64,000 nucleotides of DNA, taken from Reclinomonas americana ATCC 50394. Lineage: Eukaryota. Shown here piece by piece: positions 49,001 to 63,400 of the stretch. Both the position numbers and the translations under genes were made by a program. Position 1 is the first letter of the stretch. Every line of letters starts with the position of its first letter. The stretch lies in contig PS015203.1 in NCBI GenBank assembly GCA_048213135.1, positions 62,001 to 126,000 of the forward strand, read 5' to 3'. Below the pieces are notes generated by a model that had not been told where the DNA came from, searched no databases, and was given only the letters and a program-made list of their open reading frames with translations.

Positions 49001-50381
49001 ACAGAGTGAGTGAGAGTGAGCACAGCAATCCATGTTGAATGCAGATCAACCGTGGAACACACCTGCAGTTGAGAGAGAAGAGGGAGAGGCGCTCATCGGG
49101 TCGTCTCCTTCGGGCATTTCCAATCGCATCTCCTCAAACCACGTAAAATGAGAAACTGAAAGTTATCTGCAAATGACCGCCTCGTCATGCAAACCCACTC
49201 AACTTGCTCCATGTGTGCCAGTATCAACGACCGGTCCGCTTGACTCAGCGCACCTGCATTCACACACAACCAAGACAGCATCAGCTTCCACATTCAATCA
49301 CATTATCCACACACTCAAGCGCCAGTTATCTGTCTCCCCACTCACCATCACGAGCCTCGTTCAGCTGCACCACCAGCTCCTCCTCCACATCCCTGCCAAT
49401 CTGCAGTCGTCGCACAAGCTGGCGCAACTCGCCCTCTCCTCCACTCGTCCTGTCACCAAGCAGAGGCACAAAGAGTGCACGAGCTCGTGCGGGACTCGCC
49501 TGCTCAAACACCTCCCTCATTCGCTCAATTGCATTGTGCTGTGTAACAATGAGAGAGTGTGAGGCACAATCACACAGACAGAGAACACACTCCTCCTCCT
49601 TCCTATCTCCTTCCCATTCTCACACACGCACCACATCGCCAGCTGGAATCAGACGATCTGGCTCGTCTCTCGGGTGCTCTCGATGACCCGCCAACAACAA
49701 GATCGAGCAGCACAGCATCGCATCAAACAGACTGCAGTCGTGCAGCTGGCCTCGCTGATGCCACTCGCGCACCAGCTGGCGTTCCTTCTCGCTCAACTGG
49801 ACACACGTGTCCACTCCATCGGGCATGGTGCTGCTTGTGGGGAAGGGAAAAAAAAAAAGAAGAGGATGCTGGTGAGTGAGGGAGATGTGCGACAAGAAAA
49901 AAGGGGATTCAACGGGATAGGAGGTGGAGACGAGTGCGAGAACGGGGAGAGAGATGGCCAGAGCGTCACCGTCAGCCATGTGCCTGTAACAATCTTTTCT
50001 CTTCTCTCCACTCTCATTCACATCTGCATAATGCCATCGTGTGCTTCCACATCCTCCCCCACACACACTCACCGCACATCACGCTCACTCGGCGCCTTGC
50101 GCCACTCGTCAACGTGATTCACACCGGGATACGAATCGAGAAACGCCGGCAGCACTTGCTCGAGTTTGGATTGCAGAGCGCGGGTGCATGGACGTGACAG
50201 GGCTTTGGCAAGACGCATCATGCATTCCTCGTCACCGCCATCGTGATGATGACTGCACGAGAGGAGTGGAGAGTGACAGGGAACGAATCACACAATGTGA
50301 GAGATGATGATGATGCATCTGACAACAACACAATGAGACAGAGACACGCAACTCACGCGACACTCCACTCCCACTCGCCAT
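46007..50381 (-). CDS. NLR-like STAND protein copy 2: putative HEPN - NB-ARC-like - TPR
   Basis: Same exon series and motifs as copy 1; ATG 50381, stop 46007. Confidence 0.85.
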
Positions 50382-50801
50382 GATGATGCGTCAGCAACAA
50401 GAGCAACAACAACAGCACACTGACAGGGAAAGACACGCGCGCTCTCTCTCTCACACAATAAGAAGCAAAGAAATACAACAGCACACTCTCCTTCTCTCTT
50501 GCACACACGCACGCACACAGGGGGGAATGAAACAGATAGAGAACAGAACAGAAAACACACAAGCGTACTACTGCTCACAGAAGCAGGAGTGAATCCGTCT
50601 CTCTGGGACGCTATCGGCGGACGACGTCGTACGTACGTGCTGGCTCGCGAGGCAGAATAGCGCGTCTTCGAGGGGTGGATTTACACGCTATGCCGTGGCT
50701 CGCTTACCGGTGGAAACATCGCTGAACAAGATGAAACGTCGAGATATCGTCCAGGTGTTCTTGAAGATGAGAGGAATGCAGTGAGCAGGTTCACTCATGA
50801 T

Positions 50802-53800
50802 TCACAACACAACACCGGCCTTTCTTGCACGTCGCCGGCACTCGGTCAACATCCTAATGGTATTCATAGTCTTTGCATTCTCTTCACCAAGCACCGCTCG
50901 CCGACCATCCACGCACTCCACCAGCAGCGCCTCTGCCTCCGCCCATCGTTGCTGCTTCATGAGCAAAATGCCGAAGTTACACATCGTCGACAGCATGCCT
51001 TCATGTCTGTCACCCAGCACCTCACGTCTTCCCTCAAAGCACTCACGGTACAAGTCAACAGCTTCCGCCAGTGATTCCGGAGTGTTTCGTCGCTCGACAG
51101 ATAATGCAAAATTGTTCATCGAGGCGAGAGTCTCTGGATGCTTGTCCCCCAGCGATGCTCGCTTCAACCGCAAGCATTCTCTGTCCAGTTGCACTCTCTC
51201 CTCCAAGCGACTGTCGTCTTGGATACACACGGCAACATTGCTCATGCACTTCAACGTGTCGGGATGCTCAGCACCAAGAACGTGTGCCTGCATCTCCCAA
51301 CACCGTCGATAGAGTATCTCTGCAGCAGCAAACTGCTGCCGCTTGTAGTGGTCTACGCCCTGGTTATGCAGCGTCATTAGCGAGTCCGGGTGACTCTCAC
51401 CCAGTGCCGCGCACTGACGCTCATGGCACTGCACCAGCAGTGGCAACTTCTCTGAACAGAGAGCAAACCACATAAAGCACCTCAAGGCGTCAATCCTATC
51501 GAGCACAGTCATCTCGCCATAGCCATCCCTCTCCCACTCCTCGCACAACCCCCACGCATGCCCCCACGCTGTTTTGCGCTCATCCCGCTGAAAAAGCATG
51601 CGATGCAATCGTGCTTGACACTTTGCAGCCGCCAGAGAGAACCTTCGTCGCGTTGGACTCATCTCAACATCGCCAACTGCGCGTTCTTCACACTCCGTCA
51701 CACGCCTCACAATCGACGAGGCTACAGTTGCACCAAACCCACGTGGCGGAAGTTGGCCACTGCTACACAACCCAGCCATCCACTCCACTCCTCCGAATTG
51801 TACAAGCAACCCATTCACACCAACACCATCACTCGCCCAAATGCCGTCATCCTCACCAAACCGACGCCACACCGGGTGCAGCACACTGAGCAAGTCACGA
51901 GACACCAGCAACACGCCGTCGCTGTCATTCCAAAGATCAATGCCATTCAGCGCACAACACACAAGTCGCACGATCAGTCGCTGCACTCGTGATACTGCAT
52001 AGCCACACCGTCCCGCAATCCACCCAGCAATCTCGTCGTGCACTCGATACTCCATCACCACGTTGGTCTCCCTCACTTGCTCACCACAAAGCACACGAGC
52101 TACACTGTCCACGCTGCCACTGGCACCCACCGTCACCAGATTCGATAAACACAGACCGTCCAGCACATCCTCCACCTCGTCTTCTCCGTCACCACCACCA
52201 CCCACCAACTCATCACGCCGTGCGCGCACTCTTCGCTCCTCCTCCTCACTCATCTCGTCAAACTGCAATCGCTCACCCACCACCTCAGGCGCACGCCGTC
52301 GCCTCTGCCGTGCCAGCTCATGCAGTCGCAATCGACGCACACACTGACTCAACTCCACCAGCCGACCTGCCGCTTCCTCATCTTCATCACCATCACCATC
52401 CACAACCACCGCCACATCGGGAAGCACACGCAGCACACCCAGCGCCACTCGTGCAAGTGCCAGCGTCACAGGCAAGCCGAGTTCCTTGCACGCCGTGATC
52501 AACACCAACAGACGACGTGCTGCTGCTGTCTGCGACATCACATTGCGTTCCAGCAGCTGCGACAGCGCATCGCCACCAACACCACTCAGCACCTCATCCA
52601 GTCGCGATCCAACCAGCTGTGCGGGTGATTGCGACAACAACCAGCTGCACGATACAAAAGAGGAAGAAGAGTGAGTCTTCTCATCCGCACACCTTACTCA
52701 TTCACACATAACACTCACCCAACACAAGCACTCACTCGCAGTGCACTCTTCTCCTGTTGTCCACTCTCCAGTGCCTCCACAATCCGCCTTCGTACGTCCC
52801 CCGACACCCTTTGCAGAAGTCGCTCCTCCACCAGCTGCACAATGTCCTCGTTTTCCACACTCTCCACTCGCACGCACTCGACCTCCGCCTCGTGCATCAT
52901 CGAGTCACGAATCTCATCAGCCACCTGTCCGTATCGACTCGTCACTACCACAATCGGTGCCACCATTCCACCTGCACACACGCATGATGAACATCAAGTC
53001 AGGATCAAAAATCCAAGCAAGAACGAATTCTCTCTCTCCTGAAACGAACCCTCATCAGCACATTGAACCACACTCCTCACTTGCTCCGCCGATCCCACAT
53101 TGTCCAGCACCATCACGCCACTCGAGGCATGCATCATCTGCCGCAGGAGACGGCGTGCTGGCTCCACTTCGCCACTTGCCAGCAGCGCATCCACTTGACC
53201 GGCCATTCTTCGTCCCTCTACTTCGTCCATTCGCATCTGTACCGTCACAAAGGCACGCAGACACTCGCCCAGAGCACTCTCCGCCTGCAGCATGGGGCAG
53301 GGAGAGAGAGAGTCAGAATGCCAACAGAATGACGAAGCATCATGAAAGACAACATGCATGTTCGTCACACACCTTCACATGCTCCCTCGCATCACCCACA
53401 TGACCACGCATCTCTACCGACACGGCCGATCCCTTCCATCGACGAGTCGCCAGCAACTCGGTCACCAGTAGCTCGGCCAGGAATGACTTGCCAGTGCCAC
53501 CGTCACCCGTCAGCACCACCACGATCGGATGATGTGCTGCACAGAATCATCCAGCACCAGCCATCACGATGAGGCACACGAATGTGGAGAAGGAAGGGAG
53601 AATGAGAAGGAGCACCCAACCTTCCACTGCCGCCACGATGCGCGTGGCGAGTGAGGTGGCCAGTGCACGTCGACTGGGGAAGCGGAATGCAGTCACTGGA
53701 TTGACAGTGCGGGCGATGAGAGGTGTCTTGGGTGGGCGACTGCTGTTCGGTGCTGTGTGGCACAGAGAGGAGTGAGTGAATGAGCACAGCGATGCACAAT

Positions 53801-55111
53801 CCATGCAGAACAATCATGGAACGCACCTGCTACTGGAGGAGAGGAGGGTGAGGCGCTCATCGGGTCGTCTCCTTCGTGCACTTCCATTCGCACCTGATCA
53901 ATCGCATACAAGTGAGAAACTGATTGGTATCTGCAAAAGACCGCTCTCTTGCGCAAATCCACTCAACTTGTTCCATGTGCGCCAGCAGCGAGTCTTGGTC
54001 AGCCTGACTCAGCGCACCTGCATTCACACACAACCAAGAGAGCATCAGCATCCACATTCAATCCAAACACAAACAAGCACCAGCCATCTCTCTCCCTCCA
54101 CTCACCATCACGAGCCTCATTCAGCTGCACCACCAATTCCTCCTCCACATCCCTGCCAATCTGGAGGCGCCGCACAAGCTGATGCAGCTCGCCTTCTTCT
54201 CCTCCTCCGTCGCCGAGCAGAGGCACGAAGAGTGCACGAGCTCGTGCGGGACTCGCTTGCTCAAACATCTCCCGCATTCGCTCAATCGCATTGCGCTTTG
54301 TGACAACGAGAGAGTCTGAGAGCAGAATCACACAGAGAGATCACACTCCTTTTCATCTCCACTCATTCTCACGCACTCACCACATCGCCAGCTGGAATCA
54401 GACAATCTGGCTCGTCTCTCGGGTGCTCTCGATGACCCGCCAACAACAAAATCGAGCAGCACAGCATCGCATCAAACAGACTGCAGTCGTGCAGCTGGCC
54501 TCGCTGATGCCACTCGCGCACCAGCTGGCGCTCCTTCTCGTTCAACTGGACACACATGTCCACTCCGTCTGGCATGGTGCTGCATTGTGGGGATGGAAAA
54601 AAAAAAGAAGGATGCTGGTGAGTGAGGGAGATGTGCGACAAGAAAAAGGGGATTCAACGAGATAGGAGGTGGAGTCGAGTGCGAGAACGGGGAGAGAGAT
54701 GGCCAGAGCGTCACCGTCAGTCATGTGCTTGTGACAATCTTTTCTCTTCTCTCCACTCTCATTCACATCTGCATAATGCCATCGTGTTCTTCCACATCCA
54801 CCCTAAACACTCACCGCACATCACGCTCACTTGGCACCTTGCACCACTCGGCGACATGATTCACACCGGGATACGAATCGAGAAACGCCGGCAGCACTTG
54901 CTCGAGTTTGGATTGCAGAGCGCGGGTGCATGGACGTGACAGGGCTTTGGCAAGGCGAATGGCACATTCCTCATCGCCAGCATCGTGATGATGACTGCAC
55001 GAGAGAGAGAGAGGAGAGTGACAGGGAACGAATCACACACAAAGAATGATGCATCTGACAACAACACAATGAGACACGCAACTCACGCGGCACTCCACTC
55101 CCACTCGCCAT
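50802..55111 (-). CDS. NLR-like STAND protein copy 3: putative HEPN - NB-ARC-like - TPR
   Basis: Same exon series and motifs; ATG 55111, stop 50802. Confidence 0.85.
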
Positions 55112-55172
55112 GATGATGCGTCACAGGAAGAACAGCAACAACAGCACACTGACAGATGGACGGGGGAATGAA

Positions 55173-55212
<40 letters not shown>

Positions 55213-55530
55213 ACAATAAGAAGCGGAGAAATGCAACAACTCACTCTCCTTCCTTTCCTCTCTCACACACGCACGCACACAGTGGAGAATGACACTGCCA
55301 CAGAACAGAACAGAGAACGCACAATCTCACTTCTGCTCACACGCTGTTTTACACAATTGTGGGACATGACTTCGTCGGAGTGAATGCGGGCTCACAAGAC
55401 AGGAACAGAATGTCGTCATGAAGAGAGACTTGTGTTTGTATGCACACTGTGCCATGACACACGCTACAGTGGAGACTGATAGTCAAGACGAAACGTCGAG
55501 AGATAGTCTTGAGCGACAGAGAGGTCAACT

Positions 55531-58500
55531 TCATTGTAACAGCACGCCGGCCCTTCTTGCACGTCGTCGGCACTCGGTCAACATCCTAATGGTATACATA
55601 GTCTTTGGATTCTCTTCACCAAGCACCGCTCGCCGACCATCCACGCACTCCACCAGCAGCGCCTCTGCCTCCGCCCATCGCTGCAGCTTCATGTGCAAAA
55701 TGCCGAAGTTACACATCGTCGCCAATGTATCTTCGTCCCTGTCACCCAGCACCTCACGTCTTCCCTCAAAGCACTCACGGTACAAGTCAACAGCTTCCGC
55801 CAGTGATTCCGGAGTGTTTCGTCGCTCGACAGATAATGCAAAATTGTTCATCGAGGCGAGGGTCTCTGGATGCTTGTCCCCCAGCGATGCTCGCTTCAAC
55901 CACAAGCATTCTCTGTCCAGTTGCACTCTCTCCTCCAAGCGACTGTCGTCTTGGATACACACGGCAACATGGCTCATTGACACCAGTGTATCAGGATGCT
56001 CAGCACCAAGAACATGTGCCTGTATCTCCCAGCACCGTCGATAGAGTATCTCTGCAGCAGCATACTGCTGCCGCATGTAGTGGTCTACGCCCTGGTTATG
56101 CAGCGTCATTAGCGAGTCCGGGTGACTCTCACCCAGTGCCGCGCACTGACGCTCATGGCACTGCACCAGCAGTGGCAAGCTCTCTGAACAGAGAGCAATC
56201 CACATCAAGCACCGCAGTGAGTCAAGTCTGTCCAGCACTGTCATCTCGCCACTGCCATCACTCTCCCACTCCTCACATAAACGCCACGCTTGCTGCCACG
56301 CCACTTTGCGCTCATCCCACTGAAAAAGCATGCGATGCAATCGTGCTTGACACTTTGCAGCCGCCATGGAGAACCTTCGTCGCGTTGGACTCATCTCAAG
56401 ATCGCCAACTGCGCGTTCTTCACACTCCGTCACAAGTCTCACAATCGACGAGGCTACAGTTGCACCAAACCCACGTGGCGGAAGTTGGCCATTGCTGCAC
56501 AACCCAGCCATCCACTCCACTCCGCCGAATTGTACAAGCAGCCCATTCACACCAACAGCATCTCTCACCCACATGCTGTCATCCTCACCCAACTGTCGCC
56601 ACACTGCGTGCAACACACCGAGCAAGTCACGTGATACCAACAGCACGCCGTCACTGTCATTCCACAGATCAACGCCATTCAACACACAGCACACCAGTCG
56701 CACAATCAGCCGCTGCACTCGTGACACTGCATCGCCACATCGTCCCGCAATCCACCCAGCAATCTCGTCGTGCACTCGATACTCCATCACCACGTTGCTC
56801 TCCCTCACTTGCTCACCACACAACACACGAGCCACACTGTCCATGCTGCCACTGACACCCACCGCCATCAGATTCGACAAGCACAGACCCTCCAGCACCT
56901 CCTCCACTCCGTCGTCACCACCGCCCACCAACTCATCACGCCGTGCACGCACTCGCTGCTCCTCCTCCTCACTCAACTCGTCAAACTGCAGTCGCCCACC
57001 TACCGCCTCGGGCGCACGTCGTCGCCTCTGCCGTGCCAGCTCATGCAGTCGCAGTCGACGCACACACTGACTCAACTCCACCAGTCGACCTGCCGCTTCC
57101 TCATCTTCATCACCATCACCATCCACAACCACCGCCACATCGGGTATCACTCGCAGCACACCCAGTGCCACTCGTGCGAGTGCAGCAGTCACTGGCAAGC
57201 CGAGTTCCTTGCACGCCGTGATCAACACCAACAGACGACGCGCTGCTGCTGTCTGTGACATCACATTGCGCTCCAGCAGCTGCGACAGCGCGTCGCCACC
57301 AATGCCACTCAGCACCTCCTCCAGTCGCGCGCCCACCAGGTGCGCTGGCGACTGGGACAGCAACCAGCTGCATGCCAGAAGGGAGAGAGAAGAGTGAGTC
57401 TTCCCATCCACACCACTCTCCCACGCACTCAAAGCACTCACCCAATACAACCACTCACTCGCAGTGCACTCTTCTCCTGTTGTCCACTCTCCAGCGCTTC
57501 CACGATCCGTTTTCGTACATCCTGTGACACCTTGTGGAGCAGTCGCTCCTCCACCAGCTGCACAATATCCTCGTTCTCCACGCTCTCCACTCGCACGCAC
57601 TCGACCTCTGCCTCGTAAACCATCGAGTCACGAATCTCATCAGCCACTCGCTCATACCGACTCGTCACCACGACGACCGGTGCCACCATTCCATCTGATG
57701 ATGCACATCAAGTCAGGATCCAACATCCAAGCAAGAATGAGAGTTCTCTCTCATGAAATACACACCCTCATCAGCACATTGAACAACATTCCTCACTTGC
57801 TCCGCCGATCCCACATTGTCCAGCACCATCACTCCACTCGATGCATGCATCAGCTGTCGCAGCAGTCGACGTGCTGGCTCCACCTCGCCACTTGCCAGCA
57901 GCGCATCCACCTGACCGGCCATCCTTCTTCCCTCTACTTCATCCACACGCATCTGCGCCATCACAAAGGCACGAAGACACTCGCCAAGGGCACTCTCCGC
58001 CTACAGAATGTAGCAGGGAGAGAGAGTCAGAATGACAGTAGAAGGAGACGACGAAGCACGAATGACGACATGCATGTTCCATCAGCACACACCTTCACAT
58101 GTTCCCTCGCATCGCCCACATGACCACGCATCTCCACCGACACGGCCGATCCCTTCCATCGACGAGTCGCCTGCAACTCGGTCACCAGCAGCTCCGCCAG
58201 GAACGACTTACCAGTGCCACCGTCACCCGTCAGCACCACCATGATTGGTTGATGGGCTGCACAAGAAATCATCAACCACCAGACAACATGATGAGGCACA
58301 CGAATGTGGAAGAAGGAGGGGAGAAGGAGAAGGAACACCCAACCTTCCACAGCGTCCACAATGCGTGTGGCGAGCGAGGAAGCCAGTGCACGCCGACTCG
58401 GGAAGCGGAATGTGGTCACCGGATTGACGGTGCGGGCGATAAGCGATGTCTTGGGTGGGCGGCTGCTGTCTAGTGCTGAGTGCCACAGAGGAGTGAGTGT

Positions 58501-59942
58501 ATGAGCAGCAATGCACATTCAATGCAGATCTATCATGGCGCGCACCTGCAGCTGAGGGAGAAGAGGGAGAGATGCTCATTGTGTCAAATCGTTGGTGCAT
58601 TTCCATTCGCATCTGATAAATGACAAGCAAGTGAGAAACTGATAGGTATCTGAAAGTTACCGCCTCATGAAAATCCACTCAACTTGCTCCATTTGTGCTA
58701 GCAGCAACGGCCGGTCCGCCTGACTCAGCGCACCTGCATTCACACACAACCAAGAGAGCATCAGCATCCACATTCAATCCAAACACAAACAAGCATCAGC
58801 CATCTGTCTCTCTCCACTCACCATCACGAGCCTCGTTCAGCTGCACCACCAATTCTTCCTCCACATCCCTGCCAATCTGCAGCTGCCGCACAAGCTGATG
58901 CAGCTCGCCCTCTCCTCCTCCTCCTCCGAGCAGAGGCACAAAGAGTGCACGTGCTCGTGCTGGACTCGCTTGCTCAAACACCTCCCTCATTCGGTCAATC
59001 GCATTGCGCTGAGGCAATGAGAGAGTGAGAAACATAATCACACAGAGAGGGAGATCACACTCTTCCTCCTCCTTCCCATCTCGCCTCCCTCTACACACTC
59101 ACCACATCACCAGCTGGAATCAGACGATCCGGCTCGTCTCGCGGGTGCTCTCGATGACCCGCCAGCAGCAAGATCGAGCAGCACAGCATCGCACCAAATG
59201 AACTGCAGTCGTGCAGCAGGCCTCGCTGACGCCACTCGCGCACCAGCTGACGCTCCTTCTCGTTCAACTGGACACATTTGGCCACTCCGTCTGGCATGGT
59301 GCTGCGCGTGGGGAAAGGGACAAACAAAGAGAGGATGCTGGCGAGTGAGGGAGATGTGCGACAAGAAAAAGGGGATTCATCAGGGATGGAATGTGGAGTC
59401 GTGTGGTGAAATAATGAAGAGTGAGAGATGGGGAGAAAGGGTGACCAGTGCAGTCACTATCTGCCACTTTCTAGCAATCTTCTCTCTTCTCTCTCTCACT
59501 CATTCACATCTCCATCTGCATCCTGCCATCGTGTGCTTCCACATCATCCCCACACACTCACCGCACATCACGCTCACTCGGCGCCTTGCACCACTCGGCA
59601 ACATGATTCACACCGGGATATGAATCGAGAAACGCCGGCAGCACTTGCTCGAGTTTGGATTGCAAAGCGCGGGTGCATGGATGAGACAGTGCCTTGGCAA
59701 GGCGAATCACGCATTCCTCATCACCAGCATCGTGATCATGACTGCACGGGAGAGGAGAGTGACAGGGAACGGATCACACACACACACACACACACATACA
59801 CATACACACACACACATACACATACACACACACATACACACACACAGTGTGAGAACGATGATGATGATGACGATGATGCATCTGACAACAACATAATGAG
59901 GGAGACACGCAACTCACGCGGCACTCCACTCCCACTCGCCAT
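55531..59942 (-). CDS. NLR-like STAND protein copy 4: putative HEPN - NB-ARC-like - TPR
   Basis: Same exon series and motifs; ATG 59942, stop 55531. Confidence 0.85.
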
Positions 59943-60003
59943 GATGATGTGTCACAATACAAGAACAACACCAGCACGATGCACCGAGGAGCACGCTCTC
60001 TTT

Positions 60004-60042
<39 letters not shown>

Positions 60043-60414
60043 TTGTCACAATACGAAGCGGAGAAATGCAACAACTCACTCTCCTTCCTTTCCTCTCTCA
60101 CACACGCACGCACAGTGGAAAAAGGCACTTACACAGAGCAGAAACAAGAACAAACACGCACTGCTCACACGCTGGTTATTTACACAATTGTGGGACATGA
60201 CTTCGTCGGTGTGTGCATTGCTTGCCTACAACACAGAGCAGCGAGCCGACGAGGAGAGATACTTGGTACCCGATACTTGTGCTCACAGATGTGGCATGGT
60301 GCACGCGCCGGTGGAATCATCGGGGTAACACGACGACGTCGCAAAGGCGTTCACGGAGAAGAGAGGATCGGCTTGTAACAAACAAAACACTTCATTCACC
60401 GGTACCACAATTAT

Positions 60415-63400
60415 TCACTGCTTCACGCCGGCTTCTCTAGCACGCCGCCGGCACTCGGCCAGTGCAGCAACGGCCGCCATTGTATCGGAATGGCCTTCAT
60501 CAAGGACCTTTTCCATACCACGCACACACTCCACCAGCAGCGCCTCCGCCTCGGCCCACCGCTGGTGCCTCATGAGCATGTCACCATAGTTACACATCGT
60601 CTCCAAAGTCTCTACATGCATTCTTCCAAGTACCACTCTATGTCCCTCCAAGCACTCTCGGTACAAATCTGCAGCTTCTGCCAGTGATTCCGGCGTGTTT
60701 TGTCGTTCCAGAGCATCAGCAAGATTGTTCATCGAGATGAGAGTGTCTGGATGCCGATCTCCCAGTTTCGAACGCGACAACTGCAAAGACTGTCTCTCAA
60801 GTTGAATCCTTTCCGCCAGACGACTGTCATCTTGAATAGATGCAGCAAGATTGCCCATGGACACCAAAGTGTCGAGATGCTCATCACCGAGAACCGATTG
60901 TCGCATGTCAAAGCATCGTCGGAAGACAGCTTCCGCATCGGTATATCCGCCGATATTAAAGTGATATTTGCCCTGCCAGTACATGGCCAATAGCGAGTCC
61001 GGATGACTGTCACCCAGTGTCGCACGCTGCCGCTCATGACACAGCACCAGTTGAGACAAGTTGTTTGAATAGAATGCACACCACATCAAGCACCGCAACG
61101 TGTCAATCTTATCTAGCACAGTCATCTCGTCACCGTGATCTCTCTCCCACTCTTCGCACAGACGCCACGCCTGCTGCCACGCCGCTTTGCAATCAGCAGC
61201 CCGACGGAGCAACAACCAAGCTTGGCACTTTTCTGAAGCAATCGCTAATCGTCGTCGCAGTGGACTGATCTCAACATCACCATCTTCACCTTCTCCACAT
61301 TCTGACACTCGTCGCACAAGCAATGAGGCCACTGCGTCGTCAAATCCAACAGATGGCAATTTTCCTCCGACACACTGCAAACCGATCCATCCCAAAGCTA
61401 CACACTGTCCCAGCAACCCATTCACACCAACAGTATCACTCGCCCACATGTCGTCGTCGTCGCCCAACCTTCGCCACACAGTGTTCAGTACACTAAGCAA
61501 GTCACGCGACACCAAAAGCACACCATCACTGTCGTTTAGTGTATCAATGCCATTCAGCACACAACACACCAGTCGCACAATCAGCCGCTGTGTCCTGGAT
61601 ACAGCATACTCCCACCGTCCAACAATCCACCTAGCAATCTCGTTGTCAACTTGATACTCAACAACAACACCGCTCCGTTGCTCAATCGAGCCACACAGTA
61701 TTTGGGCCAAACTATCCATGCTGCCACTGACTTCCACCGTTACCAGATTCGAGACGCACAGACCCTCAAGCACATCCTCCACTCCGTCGTCCTCACCACC
61801 ACCACCACCCACCAACTCATCACGCCGTGCACGCACTCGCTGCTCCTCCTCCTCACTCAACTCGTCAAACTGCAGTTCCTCACCCACCACCTCACGCGCA
61901 TACCGTCGCCTCTCTCGAGCCAGCCCATGCAGTCGCAGTCGGCGAACACACTGACCCAACTCTACCAACCGGGTTGCCGCCTCCTCATCTTCATCCGCAG
62001 CAGCCTGCCTACTATCACCACCGTCATCAGGAATCGCCAAATCGGGAATTACCCGCAACACACCCAGAGCCACTCGTGCAAAGCCTGGTGTCACTGGCAA
62101 GCCGAGTTCCTTGCACGCCGTGATCAGCACCAACCGACGACGTGCTTCTGCTGTCTGCGACATCACATTGTGTTCCAGCAGCTGCGACAGCGCCTCTTCA
62201 CCAACGTCACGCAGGACTTCTTCCAGTCGTGCGCCGACCAGCTTTCCTGGAGACTGCGCATGCGACAGCAACCAGCTGCACCACAAGGAGAAGAGAGAAG
62301 AGTTAGGCATCACATCCACACCACTCTTACTCACCCAATCACTTACTTAACACAAGCGCTTACTCGCAAGGCACTCTTATTCTGCTGTCCGTTCTCCATC
62401 GCCTCCACAATCCGCCGTCGCACCGCTCCCGAAACCACTCCACGAAGTCGCTCTTCCACCAATTGCACAATATCTTCTTTCTTCACATCCTTCACTTGCT
62501 CGCACTCCACAATTGCATGATGTTCCATCGAGTCACGAATCTCATCCGCCAACCACCCATGTCGACTCGTAACCACCACAATCGGTGCAACCAGTCCATC
62601 TGCACGTAGAAACACAGACACACACACGATGGACAAAAGGTCAGGACCAAACATCCAAGCAAGAATGGATTTCTCTCTCACGCACACGCACCCTCGTCAG
62701 CACATTGAACAACATTCGTCACTTGCTCTGACGATCCCACATCGTCCAGCACCAATACTCCACTCGATGCATGCATCAGCTGTCGCAGGTGACGACGTGC
62801 TGGCTCCACCGCACTACTCGCCAGCAGCGCATCTACCTCACCGGCCATCCTTGGTCCCTCCTGTGTATCCACTCGCATCTTCGCCGTCACAAACGCACGC
62901 AGACACTCGCCCAGAGCACGCTCCGCCTGCAGCGCATGTCAAGAGAGACCAAGTCAGAAAGGCAACAGAAGGATCTCAGATGGTGCTTCAGGAAAGACAA
63001 CATGCACCTTCACATGCTCTCTCGCATCACCCACATGGCCTCGCATCTCCACCTGCACGGCAGATCCTGTCCACCGACCGGTGGCCTGCAACTCGGTCAC
63101 CACAAGGTCGGCCAGGAACGATTTGCCAGTGCCACCATCACCCGTCAGCACTACAATAATTGGACGTCTTGCTATAGACGTACATCGTCATCAAAGACAA
63201 TTTGATAAGACAAATGAGTGTGGAAAAGAAAGAAAGACGGAAACGACCAACCTTCAGCAGCACACACTATGCGTTCTGCAAGTGAGATTGCCAATGCACG
63301 GCGACTGGGGAATCGGTAAGTAGTCACTGGATTGATGATGCGGGCAATGAGCGGTGACCGAAGTACTGTGGCATCGAGTCAGTAACTGAGCACTGTAGAG

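Larger units (their letters stand above)
41238..63365 (-). repeat. Tandem gene array, five units of about 4.7-4.9 kb
   Basis: Stops at 41238, 46007, 50802, 55531 and 60415; exons, introns and some spacers are alignable. Confidence 0.97.

Noticed and set aside
41398-62520. Long + strand ORFs over the array (e.g. 42502-43467, 55605-56855, 61651-62520)
   Set aside because: Antisense shadows of GC-rich coding exons, Ser/Thr/His-biased and without recognisable motifs.
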